NCBI GenBank assembly: GCA_000708835.1
Contig: DF236960.1
Span: 25,807 to 89,806, forward strand
Reading direction: 5' to 3'
Source of the DNA: Klebsormidium nitens
Taxonomy: Eukaryota > Plantae > Klebsormidiophyceae
DNA length: 64,000 nt
Both the position numbers and the translations under genes were made by a program. The notes under the pieces are model-generated. The model saw nothing but the letters and a program-made list of their open reading frames with translations, was not told the DNA's origin and searched no databases. The number at the start of each line of letters is the position of its first letter. The stretch's first letter is position 1. This document shows positions 35,908 to 47,900 of the stretch, one piece after another.

Positions 35908-38900
35908 ATGGAGCTTCTTTTTGCCACCATTTGCCTCGTCATTGGCTTTGTTGTCGGCAGGATCTGGGAGAAAACAAGGAGGGCACCCAAGCTAAAGGGA
36001 GAAGCGGGCTCAGATTCTTCTAGGGCAACAGCTTTCGAGACCGAGTGTGACGTTACAGATTTGCAGAAGCTAAACGCAAAGCCCAACCAGAAAAGCTCTG
36101 ACGTTGAGAAGCTGAAAGATGGTTGTGTGGAGAACAAGGACTTGCCAACAGAACTAGATGAGGGGGAGCATTTCCGGGTGGTCGGGAAGGATGAAGCTTC
36201 AGCATTGCTAGAAAGTCATCCAGATAGTTCAGCAGACTCAGCAGCACAAGCGCTTGAGGTTGAAGGGTCCGCTGTTGAGAACGTGAGAGAAGCGGCCCTT
36301 CTCACGTCATCGCTGACGTCAGCGTGCTCTAAGGATGGCAGCTCGGCATTGCTCCGAGCCTTAGAGAGCCTGTTGGAACGGGTTAAGCAGCCTGGTCTGT
36401 TTTGGGTCAGCGAAACCGGGGACGCACTGACCCGGCAGTACTCAAGTCCTGGCTGGAGGAAGCTGATGGGTTGCGATGGGGATGAGCACAGGCGGTGGCT
36501 GACAGAGGTACATGGCAATGATGTGGAGGAGTGCAAAAAGGTTAGTTAGCCCATCCTGAGGCCGTCAATCTTTTGTGCAGGTTTTAATATGAGTAACTCA
36601 TTTGTGTCAGACGACTGGAGAAAAGTAGTTTGCTGTGTGAGGGGTAGGAATGTTTTTGAAGCAGACGTGTTTGTACTTCATCTCCGTATGAAGCTACATT
36701 CCCGCCATCAAAATGATATACGAGTGGGAAAAGGCAGCTTCAGTTGCAATAGTATCCAACGTTTGGCCCTGTCAAGCGAGTCTGCTTGTGGGGTTTGACT
36801 GCCACAATTGCAAAGTGCAAGAAAGACTGGTTCCAAGCTACAGTTCGGGCTACGGTGACTCCCTGAAAACCGGCCGGGCAGTATCATCATACGTGCATTC
36901 CACCTGACTGCCTGATCCAGATGTTTTGACTGAAACTATGGTCACAGGGTGTCGTTCCCGTTCCTGTCAGCAGGCACTGGCGTTCGCTGGCAGTTTGTGC
37001 TGAGCGCCTTTAAGGGGCCCGTTGAAAATGCAAGTCGTCCACATCTTTTTGAGTGGAAAGCCGCATTGTCAAGGTTACTGTGCCCAATATGCACCGCTCA
37101 CCACCCAGTACTTGGTACTCCGCACTAGTTGGTACGATATCTGAGGGATGGGTGTTCGACTGGTCTATTGTTCCGCACTGTTATGATCAAGTGTTTTCCA
37201 TTTCTCACTTTTACTCCTTTGTCAGGTGTTCTCTGGCATTCAGCCTGAACGCATTATTGCATCTGGCCATCAGCCTTGCGGTTTCACATTGCATTTGTCC
37301 TGCCACTTTCTTGATGGTTGGATCATGATTTTGACGTAGGTACAGGAAGTACTTGGTCCAACATCCTTCCTTATATCCATTTGCTTCTTCCACCTGAGTG
37401 ACAGAGATCTAAGATTTGAAATGACCCTTTGCTCCTTGAAGGTCGCATAGTGCGGTTTCGGTCTCCTCACTTTTCAAATCAAGGAGGGATGTCAGACAAG
37501 AGGGACGATGAAAGCTTTTCAGAAGTACACAGGAAGTGGCAAAGTGTATGCGATATGACAGTCTTGATCCCCATCTGGCCTTCTTTGTAAGATGTTAGAT
37601 GAGGTTATCGAAAATTTGAACCTCTGAAACACATGACATTCTTGGTTCAGTTGCAGGTTTGAGTTGGAAAACTCTAGGGTTTGGCAAGTTCTTTGTGCCG
37701 TCTGGCCCCTAACAACCAGTTATACTCTGTTCAGAGAGACCCACTGCTTTTCTTCAGGGTTGACTGCACTTCCAAAGCTTATGTAAAGGCGCACCAACAG
37801 AGTTTGCCGTGCTCTTCCTTGCCGTTGTAAGCAGCCTTTCAGAAAGGGTGGCATTGAGTAGGCAGCTTTGCTCATCATGATTGTCGGGGGAATCTTTTCA
37901 CATTACTCAGGGGCGTACTCCGAAGGCTCTGCCAAAAGAGGAAGCCTAAGCCCCCTTTCCTGACACCTAAGAACTGCTCATCTGCACTGCAAACAAACAA
38001 CATGCTTTTGATTTAAGAGCAACTATGATTGATAAGAGTAACAATGAGGGGAGAGAGACTCTTCTCTCTTCTTGTCAGGTACAAGAAATGCGTAGATTGA
38101 CATAATATCAGGACCTTTACTTTTCTATGAAAACACCCCAGACTAAGTTCGCCCTCACTGTCTTCGTAGCATTGCAAATGAAGCAATGAAGAGCCGTCCC
38201 AAAAGTTCCTTTCCTCAGTTTTTGAGATGGAGCGCGTTTGATTGGACGGGGGGCAAGCCTTCACAAACCGCCCGAGGCACTTCACCTTGAGGTGTCACTC
38301 TAAGAAGTTTGTTGTCTTTCCAAGAAACAAGGTAGTCTCGTCCTCCCTCTTCAGGTATACCAGAAAGCTCACGAGGAAAAAGAGAGCTTTACGCATTACT
38401 ACCGGTACAAGCTGTCCGGCGCGGATCCAGACCTGCCGGCTTCTTACCGGTGGTACGTCGAGCAGGGAAGCCCCCTCTTTGGATGCAATGGGGAGTACCT
38501 CGGACTGCTGGCCTGGGCGATTGACATCCATGAAGTCAAATCGATGCAGGTAAGAATGCAAACAGACTTCAAGAATGGTCTGATCAAGTAGACAAGCTGA
38601 AACGGTGGAAGGACTTGAGAGCGAAATGATGAGAGAGAACGTAAAGTGCGATTGGTACTGATTTGTCGTGCTTAATCAAGTTCTGTAACACAGATAAGAC
38701 ACACTTGCTTGGTTTTGGGGAGGAACAAGGACAAAAACAAAGCGGGAGAAGGACTTCCGGAGATTGGACCATGATACGAAGTGGACAAGTCGGGTCAACT
38801 AGTATCGCTCTTGCCTGAACACTCATCTGCACCCGATCAAGGTTGGACCGCATGCTTGGAGACGTTTTCACGCTCAATTTGACAGCTCAAAGAATCATTC

Positions 38901-41900
38901 AGTTGGTCTTAGAAGCTGAAGCCGGTTTCTAATGCATCTCTTTTTGCAGGTCGACTTTGAGCGGTTCAACCAGATGCCGGGGGACATGATCGTCAAGATC
39001 GACTACGAGGGGCACATCAAGAAGATGAACCCCACGATGCGCAAGATCTTTGAGTGAGCCTCCACATTCCTGCTGATTCCATCATCAGAAGCTGACAATC
39101 AACGAGTCACCATGTATCGAGATTAGTTGGGCACGGTGCTTGGGTCCGGTGCTTGGGTCCGACTACTAATACTGTCTCAAATCGACATATGGCTCATCTT
39201 TAAGGTAACAATGTGACCCCCTTGTTCAAAGGGGGCCTAAAAAGGGATTGTCACTGGGCGGTCGACAATGTCAGCATTGGTCATTGAGCAGCATTGGATG
39301 CTCGATGTCGGGAAACCGGACACATGTCCGCGACTTTAAAAGCACGATTCACACTGTGCAGTTGCTTTGCGGTGTCATGCTCGTGTACGCCCTTTGTAGA
39401 CTAGATGACTCTGACTGCTTGAACGGGGCTTCTCATTGGGTCTCAGTACTTGCAAATAATGCACTGGGCATGCCAGAAAGTATGAATATCGTAACGAGGT
39501 TTCAGCACATTACTTTGGATAATCACTGAGGGGACTTCACCAGGACATTTCGGAACTTCTCCTGCGGAAAGTCACTAAGGGAACCATCAACACCTTGCCC
39601 TTGAACAAGATAGAGGTCATTGCGTCGGCATTCAGCTCATGTAACAATGCGCCTGGCCTGGCCTGCAGAATGACGGAAGAGGAGATGAGTTCGAGGGAGT
39701 TCTTCACGTTCCTACACCCGGTATGCTTTTCGATTCTCTTTCCACATTGCAACCACCGTGTGAACATTTTCCGCTCCAATGGTTGTAAGCCGTCAGGTTC
39801 CTGTAAGGAACCCGCTTGACCAGCTTTCCTGTGGTTCTTGACAAACCCTCCAACGAGCGCTCTTCCGTCCCTCCGCAAAATCAACTTCAAAGGCCTAACT
39901 GCTTGAAGTAGAAAGCTTGTTCCGAAGGTAGTCTGTTCTTGATTGGTGAACGTTCGACTTGAAATGCATGCGGCCTTCAGAGAGGGTGGCAAAGAGATGT
40001 CAGCTCTAAACCAGGAATCTTCCGATTCTGTTTCTCAACATCAGTCAAAGGCTGGGCAAGTGCGCTTCTAGCAGTTCCTTCCTGGCAGCTGCTTGTAAGG
40101 TCAAATAAGAAAGCTCCGTAACTTTACTCGTGCAAGTTCTGCGTGAGAGCCAAATCTTTGTCGTTCTCAGCGTTTGAATTGCTGCTTCAGACAAGGTCGG
40201 ACCCTTCTCTGTTTTGCTGATCCACTTCCCAAGTTTCCCCCCCCCCCTTAATCATCCCTTCAAGAAATGCTCGTCGGTAGACGCTTCCCATATGTACCAG
40301 TCTGATGTGCACCGTAAGTGAACCCTCACCGTTTTCAGCTGATGTCACATCTTGACTTCAGTCTGTCACATCTTGACTTCATTCCCTTTCCTGTACTGCA
40401 GGACGATGTGGAGCGCACCCAGGTGTTCTGGCAAATGCTGCTCGACAATCTTCCTATTGACAACTGTGAGAACAGGTGAGTGGGACCCTTTGTTGATCTT
40501 GATTTTGGTATTTGCTACGAGTGCTGCATCTGTAAGATGATCACTGAAGATGACCCAGGAAACAAGTCGCTGACACTTCTACAAGAATGCGGTTGTCAAC
40601 AAATCAGCAGTATGGCGCGAAGGCCTTTCATATTCAGATTGCTATGAGGGAGTCGTTTTCGCTTCTGCAGTCCGTCGCGTTTAAGGCACAGGTCGAGCAA
40701 GGATAGAAGCATGCACGTTGTAGATTCCGGCATATTATTCTGTTTGTTGTTCCTTGTCTGTTGCCTGTTGCACAGCCTTGTATTTTGCAGTTTGGAAGTC
40801 CAATTTGCCTGTCGGAACAGTAACGGTCCCGACGTTATGTACTCACCTTAGCCCGATGCTTCGATATGGGCCTTTCATGACGTAGATCATGTCCGTAAAT
40901 CGATCGCCCCGCGTCGTCTTCTGTCTTGGCAGGTACCGAAAAGGGGACGGCTCCTACTTCTGGGTTGGCTGGACGGCAATCCCGTTGCCGCAGGACAAGA
41001 CTGTGTACGCAATCGGCAGAGGTGAGCCGCGCAGCGCCTGGAGCGTCTGAAAAGTGTAACCCTTTCCATGCTGACAGGATTGTGTCCGCAAGTGTCGTTA
41101 GGACACCAAATTCCCAGGGCCTTTTGGGCACGACCTGTGTCTGCAGCGGTTAAAAATCCTGGAAGGGACAGATCAGGCAAACGACTGAGCGGGACGTTCC
41201 ATTGAATCCCCCATTGAATCCCATTCTGCAGCCTCCAGACACAGTCTCCAATTTTCAAGATCCTGTTTTCCCCAAGATTCTGAAGCGGTCCCATGGCGCA
41301 AGGCTTTTCTTCCGCTGACGGCAGACACCAGGAACCATCTCGTCCTTCAATGCTTTTGAGTTTGCTTTCAAGGACGCACCGAGGGTGTTTTGCTCCTCTT
41401 GCTCAGGATCTGAAACGCAGCATCACCTAACACTCGCCAGCTCGCTGGAAAACTTGGGTTTTAGAGATGAGCGACCACAATGCCTGGTCATCTGGTTTTC
41501 CACACGCCGGAAAACGATGCGTCTTCCTCCGGAAGCTGTTTAATTTGGCGTAGGCCATGCGTGGACATATCGCGACACTCTGGAAACGGTTCTCGTCATG
41601 GTTGTGACGCAACTATTTCAGCAGCTACACGAAGTCTTAACGCCTATAGGAAGGACTTCTTGGTCTTTATCTGTTGTTCCTTGTTTCCTTCACAGATATT
41701 TCAAAGCAGAAGGAGACGGAACAGGCGCTCAAAGAATCGGAGGCGGCCCTGCTGGCGTACCGGAAGGAGTTCCAACAGATTGCGGACCTGTCGCCGGCGA
41801 TCGTTTTCAAGCGCCAGGTGAGAGCAAGAAACCTGATGAACTTTGTGAGACGATTGTGAAGATGGGGTCGCGGGATACAAGACTTTATGATCATCAAGTC

Positions 41901-44900
41901 AGGAAGGAGTTCCAACAGATTGCTGACGTGTCGCTGGCGATCGTTTTCAAGCGCCAGGTGAGAAAAGAGAACGAGAGAAACTCTGTGTAAAAAGCGTGGA
42001 GACGGGGCGGCGGGATATAAGAACCGTCATGGGTACCAGCTGGCACCGGTGGATTGGGTGGAGTCTTAGTAGAGCCTGATAGAGGCAGGTCTATTACGGA
42101 AAGCAAGCGGTTCTTATCCATAATCGTGGTATCTAGATGTCCGTCCATGTGCGCCCATTTTTTGAGTTGACAAGGAGTCAAGCTGTGAGCAACTTACAGG
42201 GCTTGGGATCGTACGTTTTCTAAGCTACGTGCATGATGTGGTACGAGCAACGATTGTTTGACCATCATTGATCACGTATAGGTCCTTGCGGATTGAAAGG
42301 GAGACATTTCTATTCATCAGCAAAGCCTTTGAGCAGCTGGCCGGAGTTATCATGAAGCGTTTAGGTGTGGCCGTTTCATGTAGTACCAGAAACGACCGCT
42401 TGACCGATGTCGTACAGGTTCTGGCGGACGGAAGGGAGACGTTCCCGTTCATCAGCAAAGCCGTGGAGCAGTTGGCCGGGATCACCGTAGAGGAGATTCA
42501 GGCGGATCCGGCGCAAGCCTGGGTGAATGTCGCACCAGAGGACCAGCTTCGCATGAAGGCTGCGGTAAGTCTCGCAAAACGTACTCTGGTGTTCCTCCTC
42601 TTTCCCGCTCTGCTTCTCTTGTCGTCCATCTTCATTTTCTTCGGGTTTCGACCAATTATCTTCTCGAACCTCAGACATGGCCTGGAGAAACGCTCAACGG
42701 AACAATGGCGTTTGTAATTGCGTTCAACCGAATATTGTTTCTCGGTTTCATCTTTTCGCTTGCTATCTTACAGAGAGTCCTTGGCATGGCCCGGTTGCTC
42801 CATTCAACCCTCAGGTCCTCAATCCTGAAAACGTTTCACTAAGCTGCAACTCGAGCTGGGTTATACAACGACACAGCATGAAAAGCCTGCCTCACGAGTG
42901 TCTCGCTTTCGGAGCATTAACGGGACATTCCGCAGTGAAACCGTGAAATCAACGACTCTCCTCCACGCGGCAGTTTGACCAGAGCGAACAGACGCTCGAG
43001 TCCGCCCACGTGGACTTTCAGACCACGCACGCCCAGACAGGGAAGAAGCTGTACATGCGGGTCCACGTGGTTCCTCAGCCGGCGGCAGAGGACGGCTCCA
43101 GATCAATGTGAGAATGTTAGGGTTTGTCTCTACGCCCTTCGGGTTTCAAGGGTTTATTTATGAGCGCGCCTTGAACAGTGAAGGGCACACCCAGACGCGA
43201 GAAAGTGTGTACATGCACGACAACGTGGGTTCGTATAATTCGAAGATAAGAGAAATTGGGTTTTGTGATTCGTAGCGAAGATCAGTTCGTAGACTTGTCG
43301 CCAAGGGGAGCCCAGCAAAGTTGACCTCTACGTGAGAGTGCGGAGCATGCAATGGTGGCCGTCAAACAATAGAATTTGAAGTTATGCGCTCGTCATATCC
43401 GAACTCAATGCCGGAGTTTGAAGCAGGAGGACGTTCTTCGGGGCGCTGCAATTCATCTGCAATTCGACTTGAGGATATACTTTCTGCAAATGTAGGTATG
43501 GCGTCGTCAATTCGATCACGGACCTGCTTGAGTCGGAGATTGAGTTGCGGAAAGCGCGGGACGCGGCTGAGGAAGCGAAGAAAGAGGCGGAGGCCGCGGC
43601 CAACGCAAAGAGCTTCTTCCTGGCCAACATGAGCCACGAGATCCGAACGGTAAGGAGTTTGAAAGTTCAAGCCGTGTCAGGTTGCGTGGATCTTGTTTCT
43701 GATCACATGAGCCACGAGATCCCTGTTGAAAGGAGTCTTTTAGGAGTTCCAGAGGGTTATTTCTCTGTCGAAGGTCGTAAAGGACATGGCAAAGAGTTAT
43801 CGCAGGAGTTTTCTCCAACATGAGCCACGAGACTCGGACGGCAAGACCCTTTAGCCACTGCTATCTTTCATGGTGGACTTTCGTGGTATTGAGCCTCGAC
43901 ACTCTTATGTTGTCCCTGTGCAAATACTAAAATCGACGAGGGGCAGCTCGACTACGCAGGAACGACCAACTTCGTCGTTCTCTTGGTAACATGGTAATTG
44001 CTTCCGCTGACGGCGTCGTTTGTTTTCTTCCAGCTATTGAACGCCCTCAGCACAATGACACGGTCGATGTTCGTCTCTTTCTTGCTGACGTCGTGGTTGT
44101 GTTTTGCTGACATCATTTTCTCTTCATTTCCAGCCATTGAACGCCGTTATTGGGATGGGCGGACTTTTGCTGGACACGAAATTGGACGAGGAGCAGCACG
44201 ACTTATCAACGACAACTAAATGCGTCGCTCTCTTGCTGACGTGGCAATTGCTTCCGCTGACGTCATTTTCTCTCATCTTCCAGCCGTTGAACGCCGTCAT
44301 TGGGATGGGCGGCCTTTTGCTGGACACGAAACTGGACGAGGAGCAGCACGACTACGCGACGACGATCAAGAGCAGCTCCGAGGCGCTGCTCTGCATCATC
44401 AACGACATTTTGGACTACTCCAAGATTGATGCGGGTGCGTATATATCTTCGTTAATGTCCGGTTCGTGAAATGCTTTCTGCTATCGGTTGACAAAGGATT
44501 CTGATGGGAGCAGCTCCGGGCATTCTCTTGTGCATCCAAACGAGAAATTGGAATGATTCAAAACGAACGCCTTGACGTGGTTTGTTGAGCTCTTCAAGAC
44601 GTTATATGGTTCGCGATGCTGGAGGGACGCGAGAAAAGCAGCTATGATCGCTCATGTGCTTGGTCAGATGGTATTGTGGACTACTCCCAAGATTGACGTG
44701 GGTATCTAGAGCTTGTTAAGAACCTCTATGACGATGTCGTCACTATCTCCGACGGCGTCACGAGTCTACGGTTAATTTTTGTCCTGGAATATGTGTGCGA
44801 GTCCTGGCACTGTGCGATCGAGTTTGTCCAAGGCTGGCTTACGCCTATTTCAAGATGCCCTTCAGTTCCTCAGCTTAGATCAAACTGTGTTCCCGCAGGC

Positions 44901-47900
44901 ACGGTGGATTCAACATTAGAGCAATCCAACTTGTGGCGCACGCTCTAAGATTTCAAACTTTTTTTCTGCTGAGAGACAAACTGACAACCACCTTGCATTC
45001 ATGCCTTTTACGAGTGAAAGCAAATCCTTTAACACGTTTCACTGCCTAGTTTAGACCGGGAATCTCGTTTCGCTTCTTTGCAGGCAAGATGGAGTTAACA
45101 CTGGAGCAGTTTAACCTGCGGCGCACGCTCGAGGACTCCATCGACCTGATCGCGCCGCTTGCCGCCGACAAGGGACTCGAGCTGGCGTACTCTTTGAGCC
45201 CCGACGTCCCTGAGTTGGTGATTGGGGACATGCAACGAGTCCGACAAGTGCTGATGAATCTGCTCAGCAATGCAGGTAAGGAATACAGCAGACTATTGGT
45301 GAAGTGCTTACAAATCTCCCCTTCCGTGTCTAAATCTTCCCGCAGTTTTCGTTAACTGGTGGTCAAATTTTGAAACTCTTCCCAAGTCCCGACGTCCCTG
45401 AGTTGGTCATTGGCGACATGAAGCGAGTCTGATGAATCTCCTCAGCACTTTAGGTAAGCATTACAGCGTCTTATCTGATAAACATTCCGTGTGTATCAAA
45501 CTATTGGCAATGTAAGATTCTGGATCATAATGGAATCCAGGGTCTTGGAGCTAGTGGGAACACGCAGCGTGTCTGATAAGCGCAATGTCAACGTGGGTGA
45601 CTGATTCGGTTTTCTGCTTGGATAAATAGACGTGGTGTCTCTTGAGCTGAGCTGTCGAATGTATTCCGAACTAGAGAAGGCAATAAGTGCGGTCCTGTCC
45701 TCTCTTTCTTTTTTCTTTCTTTTGCACTTTTTGACAAGTCGCCGTTTGATCGTTTGTTGCAAGCGATGATTTCGCTTGACGTAGAGAACGGGAGCGGTTC
45801 GAAAAGCTTTATCCTTAGCTCCGTTAGGCACATGTATATCCGCGCGCCACCATAAACATCCAAGCTACACCAATTCTTTGGCCTTGGTGGTCTTGGTCCC
45901 GCTTCAAGAATTACTGACGACCCACTTCCTTGTTTCGCACCTGCAGTCAAATTTACGGATGCGGGAGAGGTCTTTGTCTTTGTGGACAAGCGGCCCAACG
46001 TCGAGGGTTTGCAAGCGGGGGAGATCGAACTGACATTCAAGGTACAAGATACAGGTACGTACAACGTTGCCCGTCTTCTAAACATACGCTGTCGGATCTT
46101 TGATCAATACTCGCCGTTCCTGTTGCGATCTTCATGCTTTCCGTAGATTGGTGTTCAAAAGAATCTGTCTTTCTTGCCTTGTAAAACAGTCTGAAGCTTT
46201 GGAAGGTTTCAGCTATGGACACCCAGCCAGGTTGATCATTTCTGTCCGTCTCAGCTCCCGATCTTCCATGGAGCTGAAGGACCTGCAGTTTGTTGTTCTC
46301 TTTCTCGTTTCTTTGATGGCAGGCACCATTTTCGCGGCCGAATCCTGCCATGTCACCAAAACCTGAGGTGTTATACGCTTGTTCTGTGAGAAACATTTTC
46401 GACAGCACCGCGCCCCCCATTGCCACGCATCTGCCTCTCCTCCCCGGCAAAGTGGCGCGCTGCCGGTCATCCTTTTCCATCGAGCAAGGCTAACAGATGC
46501 ACTTTTTCTTGACCATTTCTTTAGTCACGTCCGCTTCTCACCACCCGGGAGCTGCCGACGTCACCCATCTCCAAAAAGGTATCGGTCTCCCGCAAAACCG
46601 CAAGGTTTTGCGGCTCTTCTCACAGTTTGACGACGCAAAAGCCCTTCTTCTTCTATGTCAACTCTTTGTCTCGTAGAAGCCGCTGACGTTACCGGCCCCC
46701 CATGCAGGTATTGGCATTCCGCCTGACCGCAAAACGGCCCTCTTCCGGCCCTTCTCACAACTCGACGACGCGAAAAACCGGCGGTGGGGGGGAACTGGTT
46801 TGGGGCTTGCAATCTGCGCCCAACTGGTGAAGCTCCTGGGAGGGACGATTGGAGTCGACAGCAACAGAGCGAACGGGGGAAAGGGCTCGGAGTTTCACTT
46901 CAGTATACGTGCACAAACTTGTGAGCATAACATTCTTGTCCAAAGACTCCTTTGATGCCTCCGCTGACTAACAAGTTTATCTCTGATTGAGAAGCGGAGG
47001 ATTCGGTAGCTGCGTGAGAGGGCTTTGCTGTCTCCTAAGCATGCGCATTCAAAACTGTGATAGCCGACAGGTTCAGAAGGTTGCGTGCTTGCTAGATTTG
47101 ACTATCTCTTCGAGACCACGTCCCCCGCCACCTCCGGTCTGCCTGGTGCCTTATCCGACCACTCCTGCCCCCCCCAAACTAGCACGGCGAGGCTCCCGGT
47201 TGGCCGCCGCGGTCGGTAACAGCAGGTCGAAACATCAGTCCTTGCTTCCGGAAGTCCTTCTGTACAAAGTCGTTTCGTGCTGACTGAGATCAATGCTCTA
47301 TTTCTGCCCAGATCTCCAGTCCCCTCCGGTCTTCCTGACGCCCCAACCCAACCACTCGCCAAGGCCCCCGTTAGACTAACATAGTTTGTCATGTCGACCT
47401 GCCGTACTAAAGGGATTGTTTTAGGGTTTCAGGAACTCGTGAAATCTAGGGTTGTATTCTCCTTCTTGCAGGTCTCCAACCCCCTCGGGTCTCCCTCATG
47501 CCTCCTCCTGACCACTGCGGCACCCTTTACTCGCACGGCCAAGGCTCTCAGTGGGCTGCCCTGATCGTTTCCGCCATGAGAAAGCCATCACGTAACCCAA
47601 AGCTCGTTCTGTTCACACCCCTTTTGTGGTGACAGAATTGACTTCTCACTCCTCGACCAGGTCCCAAACCCCCCTGGGTTTCCTTGATGCCTCACCCCGA
47701 CCACTCTCGCACCATTAATCCTTACGGTCAAGGCTCTCGGTGGACCGTCTACAGCGATGAGAAGATCATCCCGTAACCCTGACCTCCTTCTGTTCAGACC
47801 CGTTTTGTGGTGACTGAATTGGTTTCTCTCCTCGACCAGGTCCCCAGCCCCCTCCAGTCTCCTGGATGTCTCACCCTGACCACTCGGGCACCCCCAACTC

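Noticed and set aside
36945-37040. PAC-like peptide [22 protein letters not shown] in HK intron 1 as a possible extra exon
   Set aside because: Exon 1 (phase 0) joins exon 38355 directly to give a complete PAS-PAC. This segment needs a different phase and has no supported partner exon.
35908-43107. Possibility that the HK PAS domains are LOV photosensors
   Set aside because: No GxNCRFLQ motif in any of the three reconstructed PAS domains.
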